This document shows positions 40,144-49,603 of a stretch of DNA of 64,000 nucleotides, piece after piece. The position numbers and the translations under genes were made by a program. Numbering within the stretch: the stretch's first letter is position 1; each line of letters opens with the position of its first letter. This DNA is from an uncultured Gemmatimonadota bacterium. Its GTDB lineage: Bacteria > JAAXHH01. The notes below the pieces were generated by a model, which was not told the origin of the DNA, did no database searches, and saw nothing but the letters and a program-made list of their open reading frames with translations. The stretch lies in NCBI GenBank assembly GCA_951812955.1, contig OX638340.1:2560001-2624000 (forward strand), written 5' to 3'.

Positions 40144-40350
40144 GCTCCTACCCCCCTTTTCTCGGGTTTAATAAAACATGAACGATACGGTCTCACAATC
40201 GGATTCGCAACCTGGTGGAAGATTAGACTTATGCTCATAGGGGGATTATATTCATTACTGGTATGGAATGCATGAGGTCCCAGTGAGTATTCTGTGAGCA
40301 ATGTGTGAATACTTCGATTTTCGCTACGAAATTCATCCACTGAGCCCCGA

Positions 40351-43104
40351 ATGACGCAACAGACCGCCGCCAAAGGCTTCCGATTCGACGACTTTGTGCT
40401 GGACGTCCAGAACCGCCAGGTTCGACGGAAAGATTCCGTGCTGCCCTTGAGTTCCAGGTATTTCGACGTATTGGTGCTGCTGGTATCCAATGCGGGGCAG
40501 TTGGTGGAGAAAAACCGCATCTTCGACGAAGTCTGGGAAGACGTGATCGTCAGCGATACGGCGCTGACCCAGTGTATCAAGTCGATCCGAAAACAGTTGA
40601 AGGACGACGCGTCGAACCCCAGATACGTCAAAACGGTGCCCAAACACGGATACGTCTTCATCGGCGACGCGGTGGAGATCCCCGAAGAACTTTCCGCGCC
40701 GTCCGTTCAAGGCAAGCCGCCCCGTCCGTACAAGTTCCTCGACTACTATACCGAAAACGACCAGGGCCTGTTCTTCGGCCGCGAGGAGGAGATCGAGAAC
40801 ATCTGCTCCCGCATCCTTGCCCGGCGCTCGTTTCTCCTCTACGGCCGTTCCGGTGTCGGTAAGAGTTCGATTCTACGAGCCGGCGTTATCCCCCGGTTGC
40901 ACGGCCAGGGACATAAAGCGTGTATCATCCGGAGTTTTACCGACCCGTTGCAGCACATGCAACGCATGGTCCGGCGGCTCGTCACCGGTAACGGCGAGGG
41001 CGACGTTGATCCGGACGGTGATGCTCTCGGGGACTTGCTTCACCGCCGATGGTCCGATTCATCGTCCCGGATCGTCGTCATGCTGGACCAGTTCGAAGAG
41101 TTTTTTCTCCTGCTCGATGACGGGGGCCGGCAGGCGTTTATCGATGAACTCGGTGCGATCATGGAGGACGACGAGCTGCCGTTGCAGTTCGTATTCGTGA
41201 TGCGTGAGGACATGCTGGCGGAGATGAGCCGACTCAAGCCGGTGGTACCGGAGATCTTCCACCATGAGTGCCGGCTCGGCCGACTGACGCCCGAACAGGC
41301 CGCCCGGGCCATAACGGGTCCTGCGTGGCGGGTAGGATGCCGGTTTGAAGACATGCTCGTCGACCGCCTGTTGGAGGATCTCTCCGACCAGGACTCTGTC
41401 GACCCGCCCCACCTGCAGATCGTGTGCGACACGCTGTACGATCAGCGCGATGAGAGAAACCTGATCACGGAATCGGCCTATGACCGTCTGGGCGGCGCTT
41501 CACAGATCCTGGCCGACTACCTCTCCCGGGTGCTCCGCCGGTTTTCAGCGGCCGACCTGTCCGTGGTGCAGCAGGTGCTTCTGGCGCTCATTTCCGCGGA
41601 CGAACGGCTCATCGTGGTGCGGGAGGCCGAATTGCTTTCGCGAATCCGGACCGGCGACCGGTACGACGACAATGCCCTAGAAAAACTGCTCGGCGAACTG
41701 GTTGACGCCCGTATCGTCAGGCGTCGAAACCAGGAAGGTGAAGGATGGCTTGAACTCGCCCACGAATGCTTGATTCCGGAGGTGTCCCGCTGGCTGACCA
41801 ATAGCGTTTACGAAGCAAAACAGGCCCGCAGCCTGCTCGAGCGGTCGGTGGAGAATTACCGTACCTACCAGCTCATCATGGACCGTGAAAGTCTGGATCT
41901 GCTTTCGCCCTACCTGGAAGAAATCGGGGTTTCCGGCCATGAAGCGTACCTGCTTTGCATCAGTCTGCTCAACAGGGACCGGCCGGTGCCGGGCTGGCTG
42001 GTTGAAAGGGTGCCGGACGCGCTGAACGTGATCCTGGATGCCACGTACAACGATCGCCAGGAAGTACGCCAGCGGGCGGTGGAGTCCTCCCGGCCCGTGC
42101 GCTGCGCGGCGCTGAACAACCGGCTGAGACACCTTGCGTTGCGGGATCACGAGCTGAAGGTACGCAGGGCGGCCAGCATCGAGCTGGCGGACTGGTTCGG
42201 CTCGGCCGTGGAATCGATTCTGACCCGTCCCACGGGCAACGAGTCCGTGAGCCGCCTGCAGCGCGCGGTCAGCCTGGCGTTTCTGAGGGAACAGAACCGT
42301 TCATTCAAACTTTCCCGGCTGTACCGCGTTATGGTGATGGTCGGTTTCATACTGATGCGCCTGCAACAGGGCGGGATCGACATCATGCAACAGGGGATCG
42401 GCGGAACATTCGGCGGCGCCGTGTCCGGCCTGCTTGGCGGGCTTCTCCTGGGAACCGCACTCGCCGCGGCCGGTTCCGGCCTGCCGTCGGAAGCCCTCTC
42501 ACCCATTTTCGTCCTGGCGGGCCTGGGCCTGTTCGGCGGCGTTTTCGGCGGCGCGGGCGTATCCTTCGGCATGGTCGCGCTGCGGCGCGTATCGAGGATT
42601 TACAGCCGATGGCTCGGCGTATTGGGCGGCGCGCTGGGCGGCGGCCTGGTAGGCGCCGCATTCAATCTCTTCAGTTCCGATACCCTGGAAACCCTGTTCG
42701 GCCGACATCCCGCGGGTCTTACCGGTGGCCTCGAAGGCGCCCTGATCGGGACGGGGGTAGCCCTTGGTCCGGTCGTCACGTATTACCTGGCCGGGCGGTC
42801 CGGGCAGTGGCGAAGCTTTCTCAACATCGTCTTCGGCGCACTGGGAGGCATGATCGCCAGTATCGTCCTGACCGTGATGGGAGGCAGCATGTTCACGGCC
42901 AGCCTGGAGACGCTGCGGCAGTCCTTCGATGCGTCGCAGATACGGCTCGAAACCATCGCGACGATCTTCGGAGAAGGCGAATTCGGCCGCACCACACAGG
43001 TCGCCCTGGGCGCCCTGGAGGGACTGCTCTTCGGTGGCGGCGTTTCGGCCGGCATCGAAACTTTCACCCGCTCGAGGGAGCGGGTCGAGAGACGGTACGA
43101 GTAA
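40351..43104 (+). CDS. multidomain signalling protein: N-terminal OmpR/CadC-type winged-helix DNA-binding domain, STAND-like P-loop NTPase, helical (HEAT-like) repeats, C-terminal glycine-zipper multi-pass membrane domain
   Basis: wHTH block FRFDDFVLDVQNRQVRRKDSVLPLSSRYFDVLVLLVSNAGQLVEKNRIFDEVW...KTVPKHGYVF. hhGRExE motif FFGREEEIENI preceding Walker A LLYGRSGVGKSS. Walker B IVVMLDQFEEFF. HEAT-like LRHLALRDHELKVRRAASIELADW. The last ~270 aa are a run of Gly/Ala/Leu-rich hydrophobic helices (GGTFGGAVSGLLGGLLLGTALAAAG...). Confidence 0.6.
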   Translation: MTQQTAAKGFRFDDFVLDVQNRQVRRKDSVLPLSSRYFDVLVLLVSNAGQLVEKNRIFDEVWEDVIVSDTALTQCIKSIRKQLKDDASNPRYVKTVPKHGYVFIGDAVEIPEELSAPSVQGKPPRPYKFLDYYTENDQGLFFGREEEIENICSRILARRSFLLYGRSGVGKSSILRAGVIPRLHGQGHKACIIRSFTDPLQHMQRMVRRLVTGNGEGDVDPDGDALGDLLHRRWSDSSSRIVVMLDQFEEFFLLLDDGGRQAFIDELGAIMEDDELPLQFVFVMREDMLAEMSRLKPVVPEIFHHECRLGRLTPEQAARAITGPAWRVGCRFEDMLVDRLLEDLSDQDSVDPPHLQIVCDTLYDQRDERNLITESAYDRLGGASQILADYLSRVLRRFSAADLSVVQQVLLALISADERLIVVREAELLSRIRTGDRYDDNALEKLLGELVDARIVRRRNQEGEGWLELAHECLIPEVSRWLTNSVYEAKQARSLLERSVENYRTYQLIMDRESLDLLSPYLEEIGVSGHEAYLLCISLLNRDRPVPGWLVERVPDALNVILDATYNDRQEVRQRAVESSRPVRCAALNNRLRHLALRDHELKVRRAASIELADWFGSAVESILTRPTGNESVSRLQRAVSLAFLREQNRSFKLSRLYRVMVMVGFILMRLQQGGIDIMQQGIGGTFGGAVSGLLGGLLLGTALAAAGSGLPSEALSPIFVLAGLGLFGGVFGGAGVSFGMVALRRVSRIYSRWLGVLGGALGGGLVGAAFNLFSSDTLETLFGRHPAGLTGGLEGALIGTGVALGPVVTYYLAGRSGQWRSFLNIVFGALGGMIASIVLTVMGGSMFTASLETLRQSFDASQIRLETIATIFGEGEFGRTTQVALGALEGLLFGGGVSAGIETFTRSRERVERRYE

Positions 43105-43175
43105 AGCGGATCGGCGGATGGTGGGTAGGAGGATGGCACCGTAAGAGACAGCTTCGAGGATTGTGCATGGATTCG

Positions 43176-43275
43176 CACGTCGCGCCCGCGCGAGAACGAA
43201 TGGATAAACCGTGAGACCTGGATACGTGCGTCACGGCCACGCGAAAAGGAATGGATGAACCGTGGAGAACCGGAA
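43176..43275. repeat. imperfect ~35-nt direct repeat x2 (gcgcgagaacgaatggataaaccgtgagacc / acgcgaaaaggaatggatgaaccgtggagaacc) between the regulator gene and thiL
   Basis: Direct reading. Confidence 0.7.
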
Positions 43276-44305
43276 GGAAGGCAAGGGCCTTCCCACCGAA
43301 TTCGAGTTGATCCGCCGAATCGGGCATGCGCTGCCCGAGACGGATCCGAGCGTCATTTTAGGGATCGGCGATGACGCCGCGGCCGTAGAACCCGGACCCG
43401 GTATGACGACCCTGCTGACGACCGATACCTTCGTGGAAGGCGTGGATTTCGACGTTGCCTTCTCGTCCTGGCGGCAGATCGGATGGAAATGCATGGCCGC
43501 CAACTACAGCGATATCGCGGCCATGGGCGGCGTTCCCCGGCACGCGCTGACGACGCTCTGCCTTCCCGCTCATCGCACTGCGGAAGACGTGGAGGCGCTG
43601 TACGCGGGCATTCGCGACTTGACGCAACACACAGGCCAATCGGTGTCCATCGTCGGAGGCGATCTGAGTTCCACGGACGGACCGACCGTCGTCTCCATCA
43701 TGGTAAGGGGAGAAGCGGCAGAGGAACGCATCACGGCGCGCCGCGGCGCCCGTGTGGGAGATGTTCTCTGCGTCACCGGACACCTGGGCGGAAGCGAGGC
43801 CGGTCTTCGCCTGCTCAAATCGGCGCGGGCGCATCCGGAACCGGGGAGACTGGCGGACCGTTTCGAAGGCGCGCTGCGCCGACACCGCACGCCCGTTCCG
43901 CGTGTCCGAGAAGGCGGCATACTGGCATGCAGCGGTTGGGTACACGCCATGATCGACGTAAGCGACGGGCTCAGTTCGGATGCCCTGCACCTGGCTCGTA
44001 GCAGCGGAGTTGGTTTGAAACTGGATGGGAACGCACTGCCAGTCGCGGATGAGACCAGGCAGGTTATGGAGGAGCTTGGGATCGATCCCGTAGAGACTGC
44101 GCTGGAAAGCGGAGAGGAATTCGAACTGCTGTGCGCCGTTGCGCCGGAGAAGGTGGATCGCCTGGCAGCCGAACTCGGGGAACGTACCGGAACGCCCCTG
44201 ACCCCCATTGGCGAATGCGTGTCCGTGGATCGCGGATGCACCTTTTCGGACCACACCGGACCCCGGCCCCTGCGTCCGGGAGGGTACGAACATTTCAGAG
44301 ACTGA
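43262..44305 (+). CDS. thiL: thiamine-monophosphate kinase
   Basis: PurM-like/AIR synthase-related fold blocks LGIGDDAAAVEP, TTDTFVEGVDFD, ANYSDIAAMGG; 347 aa. Confidence 0.85.
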   Translation: MENRKEGKGLPTEFELIRRIGHALPETDPSVILGIGDDAAAVEPGPGMTTLLTTDTFVEGVDFDVAFSSWRQIGWKCMAANYSDIAAMGGVPRHALTTLCLPAHRTAEDVEALYAGIRDLTQHTGQSVSIVGGDLSSTDGPTVVSIMVRGEAAEERITARRGARVGDVLCVTGHLGGSEAGLRLLKSARAHPEPGRLADRFEGALRRHRTPVPRVREGGILACSGWVHAMIDVSDGLSSDALHLARSSGVGLKLDGNALPVADETRQVMEELGIDPVETALESGEEFELLCAVAPEKVDRLAAELGERTGTPLTPIGECVSVDRGCTFSDHTGPRPLRPGGYEHFRD

Positions 44306-44308
44306 CGG

Positions 44309-44614
44309 CTAGACTTCTATTTCTACGGCATCGCCGGTCACCCGGACCGGGAAGCAGGTGAGATTCTCGTAGGCCGGCGGCGAAAGCACGTCACCCGTAG
44401 TCACGTCAAAAGACGCGCCGTGGAAGGGACACCAGAGATCGGTGCCGTCCAGTTCCCCTTCGCTCAGGGGCGCGCCCATGTGGGGGCAGAAATTATCGGC
44501 GGCATAGTACTTCCCATCCACATTGCACAGGACGATCTCTTTCCCATCGATCGAGACCATTTTCATCTTGCCCGGACTCAATTCATCCAGGTCCGCCGCC
44601 TTGACGTATCCCAT
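44309..44614 (-). CDS. Rieske [2Fe-2S] domain protein (NirD-like small ferredoxin)
   Basis: CPHMGAPLS ... CPFHGASFD Rieske CxH...CxxH boxes; 101 aa. Confidence 0.75.
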   Translation of the reverse strand: MGYVKAADLDELSPGKMKMVSIDGKEIVLCNVDGKYYAADNFCPHMGAPLSEGELDGTDLWCPFHGASFDVTTGDVLSPPAYENLTCFPVRVTGDAVEIEV

Positions 44615-44753
44615 GTAAGGATTCTCCTTTCTCGGAATTTCGATCTCCTGGTCCCGGGGTGCCGGACGGTCGCTACGGCCCTCGGTCAGCCTGGTATGAT
44701 GATCTGCCTGGAGTGATAATCGGCTTGGTTCATTGATTAGCCTGAAATCCTGG

Positions 44754-46496
44754 TCAGCCTGGTATGATGATTCGTTGGCCGATCCTCAACCGGTTGGCCT
44801 GTACATCGGGGTTCGCCCGCATAAGGGCCGCTACGGTAACCTTGAAGACCCGCGCGATACGTGATAGCGTATCCCCCGAGCGGATGTCGTAGGTCACCGG
44901 ACTGCCGACCGTTCCCCTTCCGCCGATCCCGTTCCCAGTAAGGCGAAGCACCTGGCCGGGGCGGATGATGTCTCCCCGCAACCCGTTCGACTGCTTTAGC
45001 GCGGTAACGGATGTCCCGTAATACCGGGCGATGCGGGTCAGTGTGTCGCCGCGCCGCACGGTATGCGAAGTAGCGTTCTTCGGTGTACCGTACGAAGGCC
45101 CCTGGCCTACCCATGTCTGGTTATTGTAGCTGCGCCCGGGCACGCGGAGCATCTGGCCAATGCGGATCAGGCTGCCCCGTATCCGGTTCATGCTCCGGAT
45201 TCTGCTGACCGACGTCCGGAATCTGCGGGCGATATGGCCGAGGGTATCGCCTCGCCGCACGCGGTACCTGCTTACCTCGGGAGGGGGTCTGAAATTCGAC
45301 TCCGGCAGCTCGTCGAGACTGCCGAGCAGGGTCGAGCCTGCGCCGAGGGGCACGCGCAGCGCGTAACCGGTGGGCGGCGTCACGCCGTAACGAATGTCGG
45401 TATTCAGGGCCTTGAGATCGTCCTGCGGCATGTCCAGCATTTCGGCGACGTGCTGCAGCGTGACCGACTTGTCGAGAAGCACCTCTTCGAAGAGGTGGGG
45501 ATGATGGGTCTCCGGCCATTCGACGCCGTATTTCTCGGCGTTCTCGATGATATGCACCACCGCGAGGAATTTGGGTATGTAGTTCCGGGTCTCCCTGGGC
45601 AGCCGCATTTTCCAGTAGTCCCGGTTCCCCGTCCGGTTGATCTCGCGGAGTACGCGATACTCGCCGCAGTTGTATGCCGCGAGGGCGAGAAACCAGTCGT
45701 CGAACATGCCGTACAGGTCCTCCAGGTAGGCGAGTGCGGCCGGTGTGGCCTTGTGGGGGTCAAAGCGGTCGTCTACCCAACCGGATCGGCGGAGTCCGTA
45801 CCGCTTGCCGGTATCGAAGATGAATTGCCACATGCCCGCCGCGGCCGCCCATGAGTACGCCCTGGGCTTGAAGCCGCTTTCGACGATCGGAAGCCACTGA
45901 AGCTCTCCAGGCATTCCGCGGGCGGCGAGCTCCTCACGGATCATGGGTGTGTATCGCCCGGACCGCTGGTACGCGGCCTTGAGTATGTCCAGGCTCCTGC
46001 CCTTGAGAAACTGATTGATTTGCAGGGTGACGCGGCGGTTGAGTTCTCTGGGAATCGAACCCCTGACTTCGGCGGCCGCGCGGTGTCTGTCCTGGATGCG
46101 GTCCACCAGCAGGCCGAGTTGCCTGAGCAGGTCGGCCTGCGCGGGAGTCGCGGCGTGTTTCTGGTCGTCGCTCAGGAGGATGAGCAGCCCGAGCACTTCG
46201 TCGACCGCGTCGCGCGCGGACGTGGTATCGGAACGCTCCAGCGCCGCGAGCGCCGCGTCATAGCGCAGCCTGGCATCGGCGAGAAGACGATCCGGATCCT
46301 GTGTCACCAGGGAGTCGGCCAGGGTGACGTGATCGAGGGTAAGATCCTGACCCGGCATTTGCTCCACCGCGACGGCCGTTCCGGTGGTGTCCGCCGTCTC
46401 GGGAGAGGCCGTGGCGCGCGAGCCCGGTTCAAGGGACCGGTGTCCGGCGCAGCCGGCGAGGATAACAAGGCCTATGAGCGGGAGGTATCTTATCAT
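44754..46496 (-). CDS. mltD: membrane-bound lytic murein transglycosylase D-like (SLT domain plus three C-terminal LysM domains)
   Basis: SLT catalytic region (...GMWQFIFDTGKRYGL...AYNCGEYRV) and three LysM repeats (YRVRRGDTLGHIARRF, HTVRRGDTLTRIARYYG, YDIRSGDTLSRIARVFK); lipoprotein-like N-terminus. Confidence 0.8.
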   Translation of the reverse strand: MIRYLPLIGLVILAGCAGHRSLEPGSRATASPETADTTGTAVAVEQMPGQDLTLDHVTLADSLVTQDPDRLLADARLRYDAALAALERSDTTSARDAVDEVLGLLILLSDDQKHAATPAQADLLRQLGLLVDRIQDRHRAAAEVRGSIPRELNRRVTLQINQFLKGRSLDILKAAYQRSGRYTPMIREELAARGMPGELQWLPIVESGFKPRAYSWAAAAGMWQFIFDTGKRYGLRRSGWVDDRFDPHKATPAALAYLEDLYGMFDDWFLALAAYNCGEYRVLREINRTGNRDYWKMRLPRETRNYIPKFLAVVHIIENAEKYGVEWPETHHPHLFEEVLLDKSVTLQHVAEMLDMPQDDLKALNTDIRYGVTPPTGYALRVPLGAGSTLLGSLDELPESNFRPPPEVSRYRVRRGDTLGHIARRFRTSVSRIRSMNRIRGSLIRIGQMLRVPGRSYNNQTWVGQGPSYGTPKNATSHTVRRGDTLTRIARYYGTSVTALKQSNGLRGDIIRPGQVLRLTGNGIGGRGTVGSPVTYDIRSGDTLSRIARVFKVTVAALMRANPDVQANRLRIGQRIIIPG

Positions 46497-46634
46497 AATC
46501 TGCGTTTAGCGAATCAGAAACCGATTCGGCTTCCGAACGTCGATCCATCGATCGGCACCGGTCACCGCAGCCGTCTGAAATATATCCTTAACCGTCGAGT
46601 AGGCAAGGGTTTTTAAAAAACCTCAGCCTGGTTC

Positions 46635-46691
46635 GTCGGCCATTCGTCGGGCAGTCGGCCATTCGTTAGGCAGTCGGCCATTGGTCGGGCA
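46635..46691. repeat. 19-nt tandem repeat x3 (gtcggccattcgtcgggca) between queG and mltD, adjacent to an AT-only palindrome ggtttttaaaaaacc at 46608-46622
   Basis: Direct reading. Confidence 0.85.
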
Positions 46692-46737
46692 AAGGTTCGG
46701 GCGCGGCACCGGCAGGTACGTATGAGTCAGCCATTCG

Positions 46738-47901
46738 TCACGACGCTTCGCATTCCGTGAGCGCCTGGTCTATTTCCTTGATTACCCACTGATCTACTTC
46801 GGATTTCTTCGCCTGCTCCAGTACCGCGAGCGCCCGGCCGCCGCCGACGTTCCCCAGCGCCCAGGCCGCATGCCCCCGGACCAGCGGCTCGTCGTCGACA
46901 AGCGAATCGGCGAGCGCGGGTATCGCCTCGGGGTCCTTCGTGTTGCCCAGGGCAACCGCGGCGTTCCGCAGCAGGCCCCGCCGCTTGGTCCGTTTTACGG
47001 GACTGCCCCGGAATCGCGTCCTGAATTCCTCCGGCGTCAACCCCAGCATTTCGATCAGGCCCGGCGCTTCGTTCCACGGACGGGAAACGAACGCCGAATG
47101 GCCGGTTTCCGGTGCGCGGCGGTTCCAGGGACAGACATCCTGGCAGTCGTCGCACCCGAACACGCGGTCTCCCATCGCCGCGCGGTACTCCAGGGGGATG
47201 GCGCCTTTCAGTTCGATGGTGTGGTAGGAAATGCAGCGACGCGAATCGATCACGTAGGGCTCGACGATGGCTTCCGTGGGACAGGCCTCGATGCACCTCG
47301 TGCACGTGCCGCAGTGGTCGGCGGCAGGCCGGTCCCCGTCCAGGTCGATGTCCAGGAGAATCTCCCCGATCAACAGCCACGAACCCACGCGCTTGTGTAT
47401 GAGATTGGTGTGCTTCCCGAACCACCCCAGGCCGGCGCGGACGGCGAACTCACGTTCCAGCACGGGCCCCGTGTCCACGTACACCCTGCCCTCCACGGGA
47501 CGTCCGGCCCTTTCCCGGATGAATCCGAGCAGTTCCTGCAGCTTCTCCTTCATTACGTCATGATAGTCGTCGCCCCGGGCGTACCGGGCGATCTTTCCGC
47601 GGTACGTGTCTCCAGGCGTTCCTCGTTGCGTGTCTCCAGGCACGCCGCTGGGGACGGGGTCCGGGTCCGGACACCGGTAGTTCATCGCGACTACGACGAG
47701 GGACCGCGCGTTCGGCAGGATCTGTCCCGGGTCCTGCCGTTTCTCGATCTGCCGGCCCAGGTAGGCCATCTCGCCGGCCATGCCCTGCTCGATCCATTTG
47801 GCGTAATATTCACCGTGACGAGGTGGCTCGGCAGTGGTTACGCCGGATAGATCGAAACCGAGATACGCGGCGTGCGCCTTGATTTCTTCGGTAAGAGACA
47901 C
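46738..47901 (-). CDS. queG: epoxyqueuosine reductase
   Basis: 4Fe-4S ferredoxin motif CGTCTRCIEACPTEAI, cobalamin-binding core, C-terminal HEAT/PBS-lyase repeats (DEPLVRGHAAWALGNVGG); 387 aa. Confidence 0.85.
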   Translation of the reverse strand: MSLTEEIKAHAAYLGFDLSGVTTAEPPRHGEYYAKWIEQGMAGEMAYLGRQIEKRQDPGQILPNARSLVVVAMNYRCPDPDPVPSGVPGDTQRGTPGDTYRGKIARYARGDDYHDVMKEKLQELLGFIRERAGRPVEGRVYVDTGPVLEREFAVRAGLGWFGKHTNLIHKRVGSWLLIGEILLDIDLDGDRPAADHCGTCTRCIEACPTEAIVEPYVIDSRRCISYHTIELKGAIPLEYRAAMGDRVFGCDDCQDVCPWNRRAPETGHSAFVSRPWNEAPGLIEMLGLTPEEFRTRFRGSPVKRTKRRGLLRNAAVALGNTKDPEAIPALADSLVDDEPLVRGHAAWALGNVGGGRALAVLEQAKKSEVDQWVIKEIDQALTECEAS

Positions 47902-47923
47902 GGGTATCCACTACGCGGCGAAG

Positions 47924-49603
47924 CTATCCCGCCGCTTGTCCGCTGGGCGTCGGAGAATGACGCCGGTTCCGGTTTCGTCCGTACGACCTTCGACGTCCGC
48001 CCTGTTGCTGGTCGTCCCGCTTGTTGGTCATCCTGTGCGCGATTTTCTCCCGGATGACGGTCACCTTGATGTGCCCGGGATAGGTCAGATCGTTGCGGAT
48101 CTTCTGGGATATTTCGGAGGCCAGTAAGTGCGTCCGGTCGTCGTCTACCTGGTCCGGCCGGACCATGACCCGGATCTCACGGCCCGCGTTGATGGCGTAG
48201 GCGTCGGCCACCCCGTCGAACGCCCGGGCGAGTTCTTCAAGCTCCACCACCCTGCGGACATAGTCTTCAGGGTCATTCCTGCGGGCGCCGGGCCGGGCAC
48301 CCGAAATCGCGTCCGCCGCGGCGACAAGAAACGTGATCGGCGAGGTGATTTCCTCGTTCTCGTCGTTGTGATGGGCGATAATGGCGTTCTTGACTTCCTC
48401 GGGTTCGCCATACTTCTCCGCGAAGGCCAGTCCGATTTCAGGGTGGGATCCCTCCATCTCGTGGTCCAGGGCCTTGCCGACGTCGTGAAGGAGTCCGCAG
48501 CGCCGGGCGAGCAACTCGTCCAACCCGATCTCAACGGCCATCATACCGGTAAGGAACGCCACCTCCTTCGAGTGATCCAGGGCGTTCTGGCCGTAACTGG
48601 ACCGGAACCGCAGCCGGCCGACCAGTTTCATCATCTCGGGATGCATGGGTTTCAATTTAAGCTGGTTGACGGTCTGTTGCCCTTCCGATAGCAGACGGCT
48701 GTCGATCTGTTCCCGTGCCCGCGTGATGATTTCTTCTATTCGGCTCTGGGTGATCTTGCCGTTGGATACGAGATCGGCCATGGCCGTCCGTGCGATTTCC
48801 CTGCGGATGGGATCGAAACAGGAGATGACCACGGCTTCGGGTGTATCGTCCACCATCACCTTGACTTCGCTGGCCGCCTCGAAAGTCCGAATGTTACGGC
48901 CGTCTTTTCCGATTATACGGGCTTTGATCTGGTCGTTGGGCAGGGGAACCACCGCGACGCTCGTCTGCGTGGACTGATCCACCGCGCACCGGCTGATCGC
49001 CAGCGTGACGACATTTCTCGCTTCCCGGTTGGCATTGGTCTGCGCGGTTTTCAGTATGTCCCTTACCCTGTGCTCCGCTTCCTGCTTCACGTCGTGGATG
49101 AGCTCATCGTGAAGCTGTTGCTTGGCTTCTTCCGCGGTCAGCCGGGCCAGGGATTCCAACCGGTTGCGGTATTCAGAGGCCGCTTCCTTCAGCCGGACTT
49201 GCTGCGTGTTAAATTTCTCTTCCAGCTTTTCCAACTCTTCTTCCCTCAGGCCGGCCTGATCTTCCCGATCCTTCAGGCTGTCGAGTCGCTGTTCGCACTC
49301 TTTCTCCCGGACCATCATATCCTGCTCCTGGTTGTCCAGGGCAGACTGCCTGCTGTTGATTTCTACCTCCTGCGCCTCCCGCGCATCATGCCATTTTCTC
49401 TTTTCCTCGAGCAGTTCAGCCCGGCGCTGCACTTCCATTTCCTTGAAAAGGCGCTGCGCGCGTTTCTGAGCTTTTTCCTCCATTTCGCCGGCTTTGCTGC
49501 GCCGCCAGAGCATGCCGATTGCCAGCCCGACAAGACCGGAAATCACGGCCAGCGCGGCCAGAGGCAGCAATAAATCGTTCAGGTTTTCCAATGGGAATTC
49601 CAT
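47924..49603 (-). CDS. rny: ribonuclease Y
   Basis: N-terminal TM anchor, long coiled coil, KH domain, HD domain (HSKEVAFLTGMMAVEIGL...LLHDVGKA); 559 aa. Confidence 0.9.
   Translation of the reverse strand: MEFPLENLNDLLLPLAALAVISGLVGLAIGMLWRRSKAGEMEEKAQKRAQRLFKEMEVQRRAELLEEKRKWHDAREAQEVEINSRQSALDNQEQDMMVREKECEQRLDSLKDREDQAGLREEELEKLEEKFNTQQVRLKEAASEYRNRLESLARLTAEEAKQQLHDELIHDVKQEAEHRVRDILKTAQTNANREARNVVTLAISRCAVDQSTQTSVAVVPLPNDQIKARIIGKDGRNIRTFEAASEVKVMVDDTPEAVVISCFDPIRREIARTAMADLVSNGKITQSRIEEIITRAREQIDSRLLSEGQQTVNQLKLKPMHPEMMKLVGRLRFRSSYGQNALDHSKEVAFLTGMMAVEIGLDELLARRCGLLHDVGKALDHEMEGSHPEIGLAFAEKYGEPEEVKNAIIAHHNDENEEITSPITFLVAAADAISGARPGARRNDPEDYVRRVVELEELARAFDGVADAYAINAGREIRVMVRPDQVDDDRTHLLASEISQKIRNDLTYPGHIKVTVIREKIAHRMTNKRDDQQQGGRRRSYGRNRNRRHSPTPSGQAAG

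Noticed and set aside
43262-44305. TPP riboswitch upstream of thiL.
   Set aside because: The upstream region lacks the conserved CUGAGA / ACCUGAUCUGGAUAAUGCCAGCG-type THI-box. thiL is not typically riboswitch-controlled, so the direct repeat there is reported only as a repeat.
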